Positions 26,966 through 39,840 of a DNA stretch of 64,000 nt are shown in pieces; the first letter of the stretch is position 1, and every line of letters begins with the position of its first letter. The translations under genes were made by a program, and so were the position numbers. Below the pieces are notes generated by a model. The model made no database searches. It was not told the DNA's origin and saw nothing but the letters and a program-made list of their open reading frames with translations. Source of the stretch: Octopus sinensis (lineage: Eukaryota); NCBI RefSeq assembly GCF_006345805.1, contig NC_043005.1, forward strand, positions 100,812,001-100,876,000. Reading direction: 5' to 3'.

Positions 26966-27908
26966 ATATTATTATCATTTTATCCAGTAATTCTTGTTCC
27001 ATAGCTTATAAGCATCCTCTTATCATTATTATTGCTATTGTTGTTGTCACTGTTGTGTTCATACCACCAAATACTGTGTTTTTAGATTTATTATGCTACA
27101 TTACTTATAATAATGATTATTTATTATTAATTACCTCCTTTTTTTTTTATTTCAGAATATAGAAGATATTGTGCGAAGTGACAAGTGCCAAATGTCTGAA
27201 TCAAACAAATAACAACATATACATGAGTTTAAAATACTTCTGTACCATTATACATATGTAAAGTAAAAATAAAGCACTTCACAAGCCAAATTCACAACTT
27301 CAGTGCCTAGATGTAGACATCTGGCTACATTTAAACATTAAACTTCATAGATTTATAAATAACTTTAAATTTCCAAATGAAGGAAGAAAGAAACAAATAT
27401 CACTTGAGTAGCTAAAAAGAAATAAAACCATCAGTCCTTGAATAATAGGATAATATTTTTAACAAATAACTGCAGTAACTTGATTATAAAGCCAGAACAA
27501 ATTTCATTTGCCATTTCATGTAAGAATTTCAGTTATGAGACAATAGATAACATAATCCAAGCATAAAATTTATTTTGGTAGCGTGATAATGGGTTAAATA
27601 TGAACTTTAAGGGAAGTTTGTTGCATCAGTGTGATGTTGTAATGAGGAATGGTTAAATTAAGTCATTACTGCAAACAGTCACAATCAATTAAATTAGCTT
27701 AATAGTGTGTCTCTAACTCATTAGCACTCAAGGAGCACAACATGTCTTTCATTTTGGCAAAGTCAGCCTGCAAAATCGTTTTTTCTAAAAGCTATGTTCA
27801 CAAACTGATGAAACAGTTGTCAATTCTATAGATGAGCTTGTACTAGTTATGGAAACTTACTCTGTTAGTTAAAGCCAAGTGGAGTCAACCATGGACATAT
27901 ATGGTTAT

Positions 27909-28100
27909 ACAGTTCTATATTTAAGAGATGAGCAATTATGTACATCATATACGTTATTTACATTTCACGGATATTTGTCTTCATCTTGTTTGTTGTTAAC
28001 AAAATGTTTCAGCTGATATATCCTCCAAACTTCTTCAGGTGTCTTAGGGAAATTTCGAACCTGGATTCTCATTCCTAAGGTATTTTTTGATTTGTCATCA

Positions 28101-28160
<60 letters not shown>

Positions 28161-28369
28161 TCACTGCCTGGAATCGAACTTGGAATATTGGGGTTAATAG
28201 CCCATGCTCTTTACTACTATGCCATATGCCTTAGGAATGAGAACCCAGGTTTGAAATTTCCCCAAGACACCTGATGAAGGCTGGAAGGTATATCAGCCAA
28301 AACATTGCGTTAACAACAAACAGGATGAGGACAAATATCTTTCAAATGTAAATATTGTAAATAATGTAC
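27909..28369 (-). mobile_element. tRNA-headed element with hammerhead-bearing tail and inverted tail duplication
   Basis: Minus strand: tRNA-like head at about 28158-28230 (B box GTTCGATTCC), then (TAA)n, then a tail with CTGAAGA...GAAA. Inverted tail copy at 28229-28369 with CTGATGA; flanked by direct repeats ATATGGTTAT. Confidence 0.7.
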
Positions 28370-29494
28370 ATATGGTTATGTTGACAATCTTGGTTAGCAG
28401 TCAGCTATTTTACCAATCTAGCTATTTATACATTCTCTGATAGTCCCTAACTTAGAGTTGTATAGCACTCAGCTACAAATGGAAAATTAAAATGAAATAG
28501 AAGTGAAAATAACTGTTAATTTTGTAATAAAATTTGTGACTAACAAAACAACAGAAATGAGGAACGATTAGTTTAAACTCATTTAATCACTCAATATTCC
28601 TAGATGTAACAACTGCTTGGAGCAAAATAAATAGAATTCCTACAATAGCATCAACTGTACTTTGACAAAATTTTGTTACTGGTATTTTTCTGTGTTCCTG
28701 GCAAGTCTATTTAGTGTACACCCTAAAGCAATGAGTACTTTAGGGTATACATAAGGTACTCAGTTCTTTAGGGTACAGGCCAGCTAGACTTGCCCAGTAC
28801 TTAAATACCTTAGAGTGCAGAATATTCAACATGTAAACTATGGGAGGGTCAAGTGTTTATAAGGTTGTGGTGTTATTTATTAAAAAGAATCTTGTTAGGT
28901 CAGTGCATTGAAGGAATCATCAAAGTATCAAGAAAAATGCTTTGTGGTATTTGTTTTGGATCTTTATGTTCTGAGTTCAAATCCCACAAAGGTCAGCTTT
29001 GCTTTTTATCTCTTCAAGTTAGAAATAATTAATAGCATTATTGTTTTTTCCCACAAATTTAAATTTAGGATGTATTTGTACCACACTGTTGTAAATAATA
29101 TCTGCCTAATCCTTCTTTCAAGTAGTTTGGTCTTGCAGGGTAAATAGACAGGATCACTGCTGTCCTGCTGGAAGATGTTATTAAAACCATGTTTTAAGAC
29201 AGGTGGGTTATGGTTGGAATGTTTCAGATCATGGATTTGTTCAATTCAGTCAGACAGATGAGGTCAAACATGCAGAACGATGCTTCACATCTGATAAATT
29301 GTTGGTCAGCCTGGATCGATGTGAATATAGAATGGATATACACCAAGTTCTAGTTTCTGAATTCAAATCTACTACAGCTAGTCTGTTGTTTTGAGGTATC
29401 TCATCAATGTTTTCAGGAAACACCACTGAATAAGAGGTAAAGTATAATGGTAGAAACTTGTGTCCTATACAGGTGCACAGGTAGAACAGAAAAC

Positions 29495-30050
29495 ATCATC
29501 ATCATTTAACGTCCGTTTTCCATGCTACCATGGGTTGGACGGTTCGACCGGGGTCTGGTAAGCCTTGGAGGCTACACTAGGCTCTGGTCTGATTTGGCAG
29601 TATTTCTACAGCTGGATGCCCTTCCTAATGCCAACCACTCCATGACTGTAGTGGGTGTTTTTTACATGCTACTGGCACAGGGGCCAGAGCAGGCTGGCAA
29701 ACGGCCATGATCGGTTGATGCTTTTATGTATCACCGACACAGATGCCAATCAGGCAGCGCTGGTATCTGCCACGTTCGGACGGTGCTTTTTATGTGTCAC
29801 CGGCACGGGTGTCTTAACTACAATTGCCATTTGATTTTATTTTGATGTTGGTGTATTTGACTCAATAGGTCTCCCCAAGAACAGCGGGTCACTCTACGAT
29901 CCAAGGTTAGCACAGCAGGCCATCCTGAGAGCCATGAACTCACTTCATTTGTCGGGTCTTCACAGTCACAGCATATCTCAGGGGTTTCGGTCCTCGTCAT
30001 TTCCTCTGTGAGGCCCTACGTGCCACTGGCATGGGTATCACAACTACAAT
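29495..30050 (-). mobile_element. RTE LINE 3' end
   Basis: Family 3' UTR with (CAT)n on the + strand. Confidence 0.8.
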
Positions 30051-30428
30051 ATCCGAAATTAAATAATGGTTCCACAAGCAAATGAGGTTTGTGAACTAAT
30101 TTAACTTGGTCTGCCAACACAAGGGTTCTACTCTTGGTATATCAGTGAAATTTGGTAAGTGACAGTAAAAAAAAAAATGCAGCTGAGAAACAGTTATTTT
30201 GGTAGCATCAAAGCCATGACTTCCATAAAGCCTTAGTGGAATGGATGTAAAACCTAAAGAATTAAAGAAGTGAACAATGGAGAAAAACCAGGTTTCTATG
30301 AAGATATTTATGGAGAAATTTAATGTCTTTTCTCACACCACAACCCACGTTTTCAGATATATTTTCATCTTATTTCTTTATAGTTGATATATGTATATCT
30401 GTGTGCGTATGTATGTACATGTGTATGC

Positions 30429-30483
<55 letters not shown>

Positions 30484-31439
30484 CATTTGTTTATATCAGT
30501 AGACATGTACATGTGAGTATGTGTGCATCTATATATCTATATGTATATTTATGTATGTATGAGAGTATATGTGTGTGTGTGTATGTGTGTGTGTGTGTTC
30601 ATGTGACTAAGTGAGTGTTAGTGGAGAGTCAGCTTCTAACATAATAATATATATTACATTTCCAAATCGTATGTAAAAAAAATCACTGTTCCTCATTTTC
30701 TTTGTAATTGAAGCACAAATTTCATTCTATAAATTCTTCCTAGTTTTTCTGTCATTTCAGTAAAAAGCATTATAGCAAAATATATTCATTTCTCAGTGAT
30801 TCATATAATGCAACCAATGCTATATTGCTATGGCAGCCATGATGAGATGAAGGGCCTAATTTATCTTCGAAAAATATCTATGTCTCTTAAATTGTAAATT
30901 TTGCAGCAATTCCTTCGATAATGTTCTCATGTTCACTTTGAACATCTTGAACAAAACTACATAAATTACTGCTAATGGTATAATTTTATACACATATTAT
31001 TTCACATACATATGTCTCATCAGGGGGGGCACACACAAACACATGTATGTATGTATGTATGTATGTATGTATGTATGTATGTATGTTGTATGTGTGTATG
31101 TATATAGAAAGAATATACAAGGAGTTTTCATCACCTGATGTATTGCAATAAGTATGTAATATGAGTGCTCAGTTTGGTTTACCACACCAACTCTGGCTTG
31201 AACTGCAAATAAGATGTGGTGTTGAGCCTGCCAATTGAAAGTGGCTAGAAGTGGTTTCTCCTTGAGCATTAGGTGTAGATTAAAGTAAAAAATGAAAAAG
31301 CAAAACATTTGGCTGTTTCTTGTTCTTGCCAATTCTAGAAACAGCTGTTAGGAATTCTGTGTGTTTATAATCTCTATCTAAATTAAATGCTTTTCTCAAG
31401 TGATAACAAATGTTTTGCTTTTTAATTGTTTAATTTTAA

Positions 31440-31535
<96 letters not shown>

Positions 31536-31644
31536 TGTATGTATGCATGTATGTATATATATATGTATGTATATATATATATATGATAGATATAGATAGA
31601 TAGATATATATGTGTATGTGTGTATGTATGTAAATGGGTAAAAA

Positions 31645-32310
31645 CACTTCAGTCACAAATGACCCTGGGATTGCACCTAAAAAGTTCTCCTCCAAGGCAC
31701 ATGCCCAAGCAAGGTTGTTTATGGAAAACCAGCAGCCACCCATGCATGCCAGCCTCCCCTCTCCATGCCCACCGATGTTATCCAAAGGAAAGACAAAGGC
31801 CAATGCAGCTCGGCACCAGGGCCCCTGCAACTCATTTCTACAGCTGAGCAAACTGGAGCAACACGAAATAAAGTGCCTTGCTCAAGATCACAACCCACAG
31901 CTCGGTCTGGAAATCTAACTCACAAACATAATGTCATAATTGTAAGCCCAATGCACACACAAACATGCACACCTGAGACCCCCTTCGGTCATGACACTGA
32001 ACGTGGGATTGCACCAAGAAAGTTACCCTCTTAGGCACAAGTCCTGGCAATGATGTTTATAGAAGACCAGCAGTTGCCCATGCATACCAGCCTCCCCTCT
32101 CCACGCCACCAGTGTTATCCAAGGGAAAGGCAAAGGGCGATACAGTTTGGCATCTGTGACGTCGCAACTCATTTCTACAGCTGAGTGAACTGGAGCAACG
32201 TGAAATAAAGTGCCTTGATCAAGAATACAACAACCAGCCCGGTCCGGGATTAGAGCTCACAACCTCACAATCGTAAGCTCGATGCTCTAACCACTGAACC
32301 ATGTGCCTTC
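31645..32310 (-). mobile_element. Two tandem SINE family D copies
   Basis: About 330-bp unit repeated at 31645-31975 and 31975-32310, each with a tRNA-like head. Confidence 0.8.
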
Positions 32311-32589
32311 ACACACACACACAAACAAATATACACAACTTTCTTTCTGCTTCCGCCTACAAAAGGCCTTGGTTAGCCTGGGGCTACAATAGAAGACACT
32401 TGGCCAAGATGTCACACAGTGGATCTGAACCAGAATTTATATTTTAAGCTATATAGGTAGTGTGTTTGTGTATAAATTTTAAAAAATCCAAAACAATGTG
32501 AATTGTAAGAAATAGTACAAGTTGATAGAATATGTATGCATTCACGTATGTATGTATGTTTGTATATATGTTTGTATGAATTCAAATAT

Positions 32590-33405
32590 GAGAAAACCTG
32601 AGCATAAGGGGCATCAGGTGTGGTGTGCAAGAGAGACGACTGCGTGGGCTTGGTCATGTGATGCATGTAGACGAGGACAGATGTTTAAAGAAGTGCTTAT
32701 CTCTAACTGTGGAGGGAACTTGTGGAAGAGGTGGACCCAGGAAGATATGCGAGAAAGTGGTGATGCATGATCTTCAAACATTGGGCCTCAAAAAGGTGAG
32801 GACAAATGACCAAGGGCTCTAGAGATATGCAGTGCATGAGAAGACTCCCCAGAGCAGCAAGTGAAATGATAATTGTGGCCATGCTGGTGCTATGTAAATG
32901 ATACTGATACTCATGCATTGTAGTTGTGGTCATTGATGGTACCATATGAATGACACCTGTGAATCATTGTGGTCAATGATGGTGCTATGTAAATGACTCT
33001 TGTGCATTATGGTCATGATCAACGATGGTGCCATGTAAACTGGCACCCAAAAAGTGTGGTCGTTTGTGGTGCAATGTAAATGACACCTAAGAGTCGTATT
33101 CATTGCAGGTGCCATGCAAATGGCACCAGGGAATCATAGTCGTGGTCTCTGCCAGTGCTACATAAATGGCACCCACCTGTGAATCACAGTCATATTCATT
33201 GCTGGTATCATGTAAATGGTACCCGTACTGGTGGCACGTAAAAGCACCCATTACACTCTTGGAGTGGTTGGCATTATGAAGGGCATCCTGCTGTAGAGAC
33301 CATGCCAAATCAGACTGGAACCTGGTGCAGCTCTCCAGCTTACCAATTTCAATCTAACCCATGCCGGCATGGAGAATGGATGCTAAATGATGATGATGAT
33401 GATGA
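32590..33405 (+). mobile_element. Older RTE LINE 3' end with hairpin array in UTR
   Basis: QERRLRGLGHVMHVDEDRCLKKC...GRGGPRK ORF remnant, then GGTGCCATGTAAATGGCACC-type units and (TGA)n. Confidence 0.85.
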
Positions 33406-33589
33406 TATTATATATGTATGTATGTATTTACACACACACACTTATAGAATGCAGACATACACACTTGTTACCTTACATCAAATAGTCTTCCATATATGCA
33501 AGGCCACACTATAAGACAATCAAACACTCAAAACAACCTTCACAGTCAAACAATTACTGATAGTCTATAAGGTTGTGGGTTAGCATGAG

Positions 33590-33717
33590 AGATAGATAGA
33601 TAAATAGATAGATAGATAGATAGATAGATAAAGAGACAGACAGACAGACAGACAGATAGATAGACAGATAGATAGGTAGATAGATAGATAGATAAAGAGA
33701 CAGACAGACAGACAGAC

Positions 33718-33796
<79 letters not shown>

Positions 33797-33800
33797 CTGA
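33590..33800. repeat. (GATA)n/(GACA)n microsatellite
   Basis: Directly visible. Confidence 0.95.
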
Positions 33801-34334
33801 GAGCTAGAGAGAGAGGTGGGTAGATAGATCCAGCTGTGAATAGTAAATATAGTGTATAAAATATTGGCTATGATTTTCTCCTTGAAACTTTCTGAAAAGT
33901 CTCTTCTTTTCCCTCTGATGAAGACAATGACTGTCTCTGCAGATAAACAGCAATGCTTGTCTTGTTATATCTCAAAGCTCACTTATAAAGGTGAGACTCT
34001 CCTTACAGGAAGCTTGATAAACAAGCTATATGGTCATTAACTGCTGGAGAAGTGACAGGCATGAAAGATCAACAAAAGAGAGAAGGTGTGATAATGAAAG
34101 AGAGCAATGTTTTGATGAAATAAATACAGGTGAATTAAAGTTACCCTCAGTAACCAGAAGCAAAATACAGAAATAGAAATCAATGTGAAGGATTACTGAG
34201 CAAAGGGAGAGAGAGTAAGATGCAATTACTGGTTAGTTGCAGAGATAAAATGGTAGATGCGAATAAAAATTGCTGGCATTGTGCCAAAATTTGAAATCAA
34301 CAATTTTAGTAACTCGAGACATATCAGTGGCTCA

Positions 34335-34635
34335 ATTTTCTAGACCACTAAATGATGACTATCATGTATTTAGACTACTAACAAATGGCTACAGAGTACT
34401 TGTACTAGTCATAAAGTAGAAGTCATAAAGTACAAGTAGGTATTTAGCCTACCAATAAATTGCTACCAAATATTAAGACCACTAGCTGATGTTTACCAAG
34501 TAATTCAGACAACTAAATTACATTTATCCCATATTTAAACAACCAAATGTTGTTTATCATATATTTAGAGCACTAACTAATGGGTATTAGGTATTTAGAC
34601 TACTTATTGATGTCTATTAAATATTTAGACTACAA
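34335..34635. repeat. Degenerate 30-bp-period minisatellite
   Basis: A TATTTAGAC(T/C)AC motif recurs about every 30 bp, roughly 9-10 times. Confidence 0.65.
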
Positions 34636-34724
34636 AACCATGTGGTTGAGAAGTGAACCACTTAACCAAAGAACTAAGTCTGTCTATATCAGACATTCCT
34701 GGTTTTCAAAAACAAAATCAAACT

Positions 34725-35268
34725 CGATGATGGGCGTCTGTGCTAGCAGGGTGCAAAGAGCACCATACAAGTGTGATCAATCACAGAGCGACTAACCGGC
34801 TGCCGTGCCAGTGGCACATAAAAGGCACCATTCGAGTGTGATTGTTACCAGCGTCGCCTTACTGGCACTTGTGCCTGTGCTTGTAGGGTGCCAAGAGCAC
34901 CATCTGAGTGTGATCATTGCCAGAGCAGTCAACTGGCTTCTGTGCCAGTGGCATGTAAAAGGGCACCATTCGAGCGTGATCATTACCAACGTCACCTTGC
35001 TGGCACCTGTGCTGGTGGCATGTGTAAAAGGATTCGGGTGAGGTCATTGCCAGTACCGCCTGATTGGCCCCCGTGCCGGTGGCACATAAAAAGCACCTAC
35101 TATACTCTTGGAGTGGTTGGTGTTAGGAAGGGCATCCAGCTGGTGAAACTCTGCCAAATCAAGATTGGAGCCTGGTGCAGCCATCTGGTTCGCCAGCCCT
35201 CAGTCAAAATCGTCCAACCCATGCTAGCATGGAAAGCAGACGTTAAACTATGATGATGATGATGATGA
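34725..35268 (+). mobile_element. RTE LINE 3' UTR copy (different subfamily)
   Basis: TGGCACATAAAAGGCACCATTCGAG units, the family terminus and (TGA)n. Confidence 0.8.
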
Positions 35269-36236
35269 CGAATGTCGAAATAGAAATGAATAAGTCTGCA
35301 AATTTTCAGTAACGTTACCATAGATTTATTAATTCAAATGGTATTGTTTCTGTTGGTTTCTTTTTTCTCCATTATGCCAACATCCATGAAGTATACCATT
35401 GATTATTATGTTACTCATGATATTAAAAATTAGTTTTGGTGAAGCAACTGAATGTAAGAAGAGATCACTAGTAATTACAATCTCCATGCTGCCAACTTGT
35501 ACGAACAATAGCATCTGGCTGGATCATATTAAGTTCTTTAGGGAAGTATTTTAACAATGGTGATATTATATGCAACAAGTCAACAATAGTTGCTGTAGGT
35601 GGTTGATTTCATATACACCATGAATATGAATATCCTGAGGCATATACACCTGACAAGTGGTTGGTTAATAACTTTTATGCTTTGAGTGAATGTAACCAGT
35701 GAGTGTAGCATCAGTGGTTTTGTGACTTGCAATAAATGTGTCTCTTTTAATAACAACATGCATTAGCAATTATCATTTACATTGTTTATATAAAAGGTTG
35801 TCCAGTTTAGTTCAAGAGACAAATCCATTTATACACCAATAACTTTCTGCAGAAATGTCCATTGATGATTCTATATGCTAACGGTGTGGTACATGATTTA
35901 AATTGTTCTGTATGACAAGATGGAACAACATTTTAATGTTCAGCAACAGTATGTATTCTTAACTATGTTAGTACATTAAAGGAAACGACTTTCTATATGT
36001 AAGGAATGACAGTAGACTGGAGGAATGTTAACATGTGAAATGATGGTCCAAAGATTATAAATTTGGCTTTGATAGTTCCAAATATCTAGGCTTATTCAGA
36101 TGATGTTCACAAGTAATAAATCGTGTTTTAATATATGTTCTGGGTCCTTACTTTTGTAAGTTGCCTTTACCAAGAAATAAATTGCTTTTCATTATTGTCT
36201 GCAATATTCAGAATGATATATATATTTATTGTTTTA

Positions 36237-36291
<55 letters not shown>

Positions 36292-36702
36292 ATATATGTT
36301 GGCTAACATTTCTAGCTTTTGAATGTTGCTTAGAATACTTATCAGGAAAACTGTCTCAAGAAATTTCTTTAAAACCTGTAAAAGCAGCCAAAAATATAAA
36401 GAAACATTTATAAGGTAAATCACAATCTAAGAAATAAGTTTTGGCAATGGTATTTGACTCATTACCACAAGAACCCATTATTATATTGTCAATATTTCAC
36501 ATGTCAATGGAATGTAACTGCCAAAAGACCACACACACACACATAGAACAGCAATCTAGAGCTCAGAAGATGAGGATTTATCAGACTCTGTAGAACATCT
36601 ACTTTTCCTTGTGTTATTGTCCTCCACCCACCCCTACACACATTCCATTATACATACACACAAACAACAGAATGGAAACAATGAAAGGTATTCTAACTGT
36701 AC

Positions 36703-36817
36703 CTGTAATTACCAACATAGACACCATCGGGGTTCAGCATTGGTACAATTTTGAAAATTATATGCTGCCTTAAACACTTTGCAATATTATGATTGCTTAC
36801 AAGGAAATCAATAAGTC
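36703..36817 (-). CDS. AGBL4: Internal coding exon of cytosolic carboxypeptidase 6 (M14 tubulin deglutamylase)
   Basis: Polypyrimidine tract and CAG acceptor, 115 bp encoding (G)[37 protein letters not shown](R), GTACAG donor. PMLNPDG is the M14 motif, and the peptide closely matches human AGBL4 as I recall it ([39 protein letters not shown]). Confidence 0.9.
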
Positions 36818-37309
36818 CTGAAAAGGAAGAAAATTAAAGAATGTGTTAAGAGAGTCAATTAATTTGAGTCAAAAATCTTGATGAAATGAATTATGTTAAA
36901 ACTGAAAGTAATTATAAGCATATTTTGTGACTAAATATTACTATAATTACTTATACAACAACCAATGAAAACACTGTGAAAGTAATTAAATTAATTTTTT
37001 TTAGTTTCTCTTTGATACTTTCTTTTAATTAATTCTGTAAACAAAATATTTTGTTCTGTCTCATTTCAAAAATCTGACCTTACCAACAAAAATGACATAA
37101 ATAAGAATGAATAAGATTCCCAGAGTTTTCTTTATCTAAGTGTGTGGTTCAAGTGTTAAAAATTTGAAGAGTTCCAATGCATTTGTTGATAATGATAATG
37201 GTTGGTGCTTTGTCAGTAGGAATATTCAACATAAAGAAAGCAAGTATATAGAAAGAGATGGAGAAAAAAATTGTCATTTTGTTGGTGAATTTATTAAGCT
37301 ACAACACAA

Positions 37310-37862
37310 GTATGACTTCATCATCTGGAAAAGATTTTCTAACTAGAAAGGGTATGGCCTGGTCAGCCTGTAATGATATGCATAAGATCTGGTCATCAAA
37401 TCTAAGTAGAGACTTCAAACTTAAAATCTTCAAAGCCACAGTTGAACCAATTCTAATATATGGCTCAGAAACCTGGACGTTATCAAAGTAGCTTGAGAGG
37501 TGGTTGGATGGAACCTACATTCGCCTCCTTATGAGAGTTCAAAATCTCTCGTGGAAGCATCATCCAACCAAAGTACAAATATATGGGAAATTACCACCTG
37601 TATCATCTCTTGTGAAAAGTAGAAGAGTCCAGTTTGCTGGACATTGTTGTAGAGCTGAAAATGAGGTAATTTCTACTCTTCTCCTCTGGAAGCCATCTAC
37701 TCTCGATACCAGAGGGTGCACACTCTCCTACACTGATGTAATCTCCAGGGATACAGGCATCCAGCAATGGGACCTCCGTAATGCTATGATGGACCGTGAA
37801 GTCTGGCGTAATATAGTAAATTCCATTGTCTCAACCACGGTCGAACAATGATGATGATGATG
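37310..37862 (+). mobile_element. Second RTE-group LINE family, 3' fragment
   Basis: RKGMAWSACNDMHKIW...VEPILIYGSETWTL*...RRVQFAGHCCR...MMDREVWR; the stop codon runs directly into (TGA)n. Confidence 0.8.
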
Positions 37863-39840
37863 AATTCTTTAATTCAATAACTTCTTGGTGCCAGTTCTTT
37901 CCATCATGGGAAAAGGTGCAGATAGAAAAGGGAGATAGTGAGATCGAATCCTGACATATTTTTAAAAGATTTAATCAAAACTATTTATTTACATCTATTT
38001 TTACCTTCTTTTATTAACAACAAAAGTCTTTCTGATTTTTTCTCTTTTGTGATTCTTACAATAAGTTTATCCAAGGACATAACAGCCTCACTTCTCTAAC
38101 AGTAGAACAAACATCTAGCACGATAAGAAAGATTTTACTAAGCAATAAAATAAGACATGTTCATCATTTATAGCTTCCTCACTGAATTTCTAGATCACTT
38201 GACTACATACACATGACTTAGATGTCAACCAGAAATTCGGGAGAGAATACAGTTTATAAGGGCATAACTTGAAGGTTAAAAACCATTATGAGCTGAACAT
38301 ACAAAAATCAAGTGAAAAAGTCTAGAATTGATAAGCTTAATAAAGCAAAAGATATATATGTATATTTAATATGTATGTATACACAGAGACATATATAAAC
38401 ATATATATAAATAGAGAGAGAGAGAGAGAAAGGAGGAGATGAATAAATATTTTAAGCTGGTGCCTGATGTCTGCTGAACAAACCTTAGGATTAAGGAATC
38501 ATCCAAACATACGCAGAAGTAAGCAAATATCAATATGGTCTGTGGACATATACAACTTATAGTCTTTATATGGAATGCAACAAAAAGAATCTCAAAATGA
38601 AAAATAAAAACCTATTCTCTGGAATGTGACTGGATTTGAACTCTTTTGTCTTCAGTCATCACAGTGAAATATTTCCTTGGGCAAAGCATATAATTTTACT
38701 GTTTTATTCTGTTAATGTTACACATGGATCTTATACTGCTAATCAAAAGTTTCTCAAAAGTTAGAGATTTTCTGATCAACCATTATCGTTTCTTTATCAA
38801 TACGACTGATTTTATGATTTCCTTCATATTTTGACATGGTTTAGACAGCTCTACGGAATCACATTTGACAACATCTTGAATGTGAACTGAATTAACATTA
38901 AGGTTATTTTTGCTTTCATACAATCGTCCAGTATATACACACATATATACACATGTCTGCACACTCACACGGAATTACTCTGTGCAAATAAAAGTAGGAG
39001 AGTTTTTCTTACTGGTTGAACTAACATCAACCATTTCTGCCAATGAACACAAAAGGAAAAACTCAAAGAAGAATGTAAATAATAGTAAATAAATAGTAAG
39101 ATAAATAAAATAAAACACACACAAAAAAACAAAGATCATAACAAAATAGCTATTTCATTATTTTCAATGCTGCCAAACTTCAAACTATAATTGTGAAATA
39201 TTAAGAATTTCAAGAGAATAATTGACAAATAACCATTTAAGCATGATGAAGTGGTGCTTGATCGAACTAAATAGTAGTTTTCTAACATTTACAAACATCA
39301 TCATGTCACTGAAAGTAGAGCTGACTGTTATATTCCTTGCATTTCTTCTCCGACACAACATCGCCACTCCCAAGAACACAACTACTACCACTGTTGATTC
39401 ACACTTGCATGGGTTTCAGCAATATCAATTAGGTGAAGAGGGCTGAAGAAAACACCAACATGGTGGAATGTATTAAAAGGAAATGAAAGAGCACAAACAC
39501 AGACTAATTTGTCAAAGATACAGCATGGCAGAAGCAATACATTCAATAAGAAATCCTGTCTGCTATATTGTTCTAATGAAAAGGTGTGGAAGAACTGATA
39601 TCACAATCAATAATTAGAGATCGTTTGAAAAGCCTAATTAGATAGCGGAGAAGGCCAATTAGTATAAGATTGTAAAGGAGTGCTACATTGTATTACTAAA
39701 CATTTTAGAAAGACAGAGATAAGTGTTTTCTTTCTGTCGGATATTTTAAGTTGGTTAATGTGATTTTACATAGGAAGAGTTAGATCCATCGCTTGTGAAT
39801 ATCTTTCCCTTTGTCAAAACATTTTCAGGTGTATTAAATA

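Noticed and set aside
28158-28230. Possible genuine tRNA gene
   Set aside because: The A box and stems are degenerate and it is embedded in a repeat; treated as a SINE-type head.
33914-33945. CTGATGA followed by an AGACA/TGTCT stem
   Set aside because: No GAAA box or stem I/III, so it is not a hammerhead.
35830-35900. EMSIDDS reading resembling the piggyBac SIDES motif
   Set aside because: Too short and surrounded by stops; no further transposase motifs recognised.
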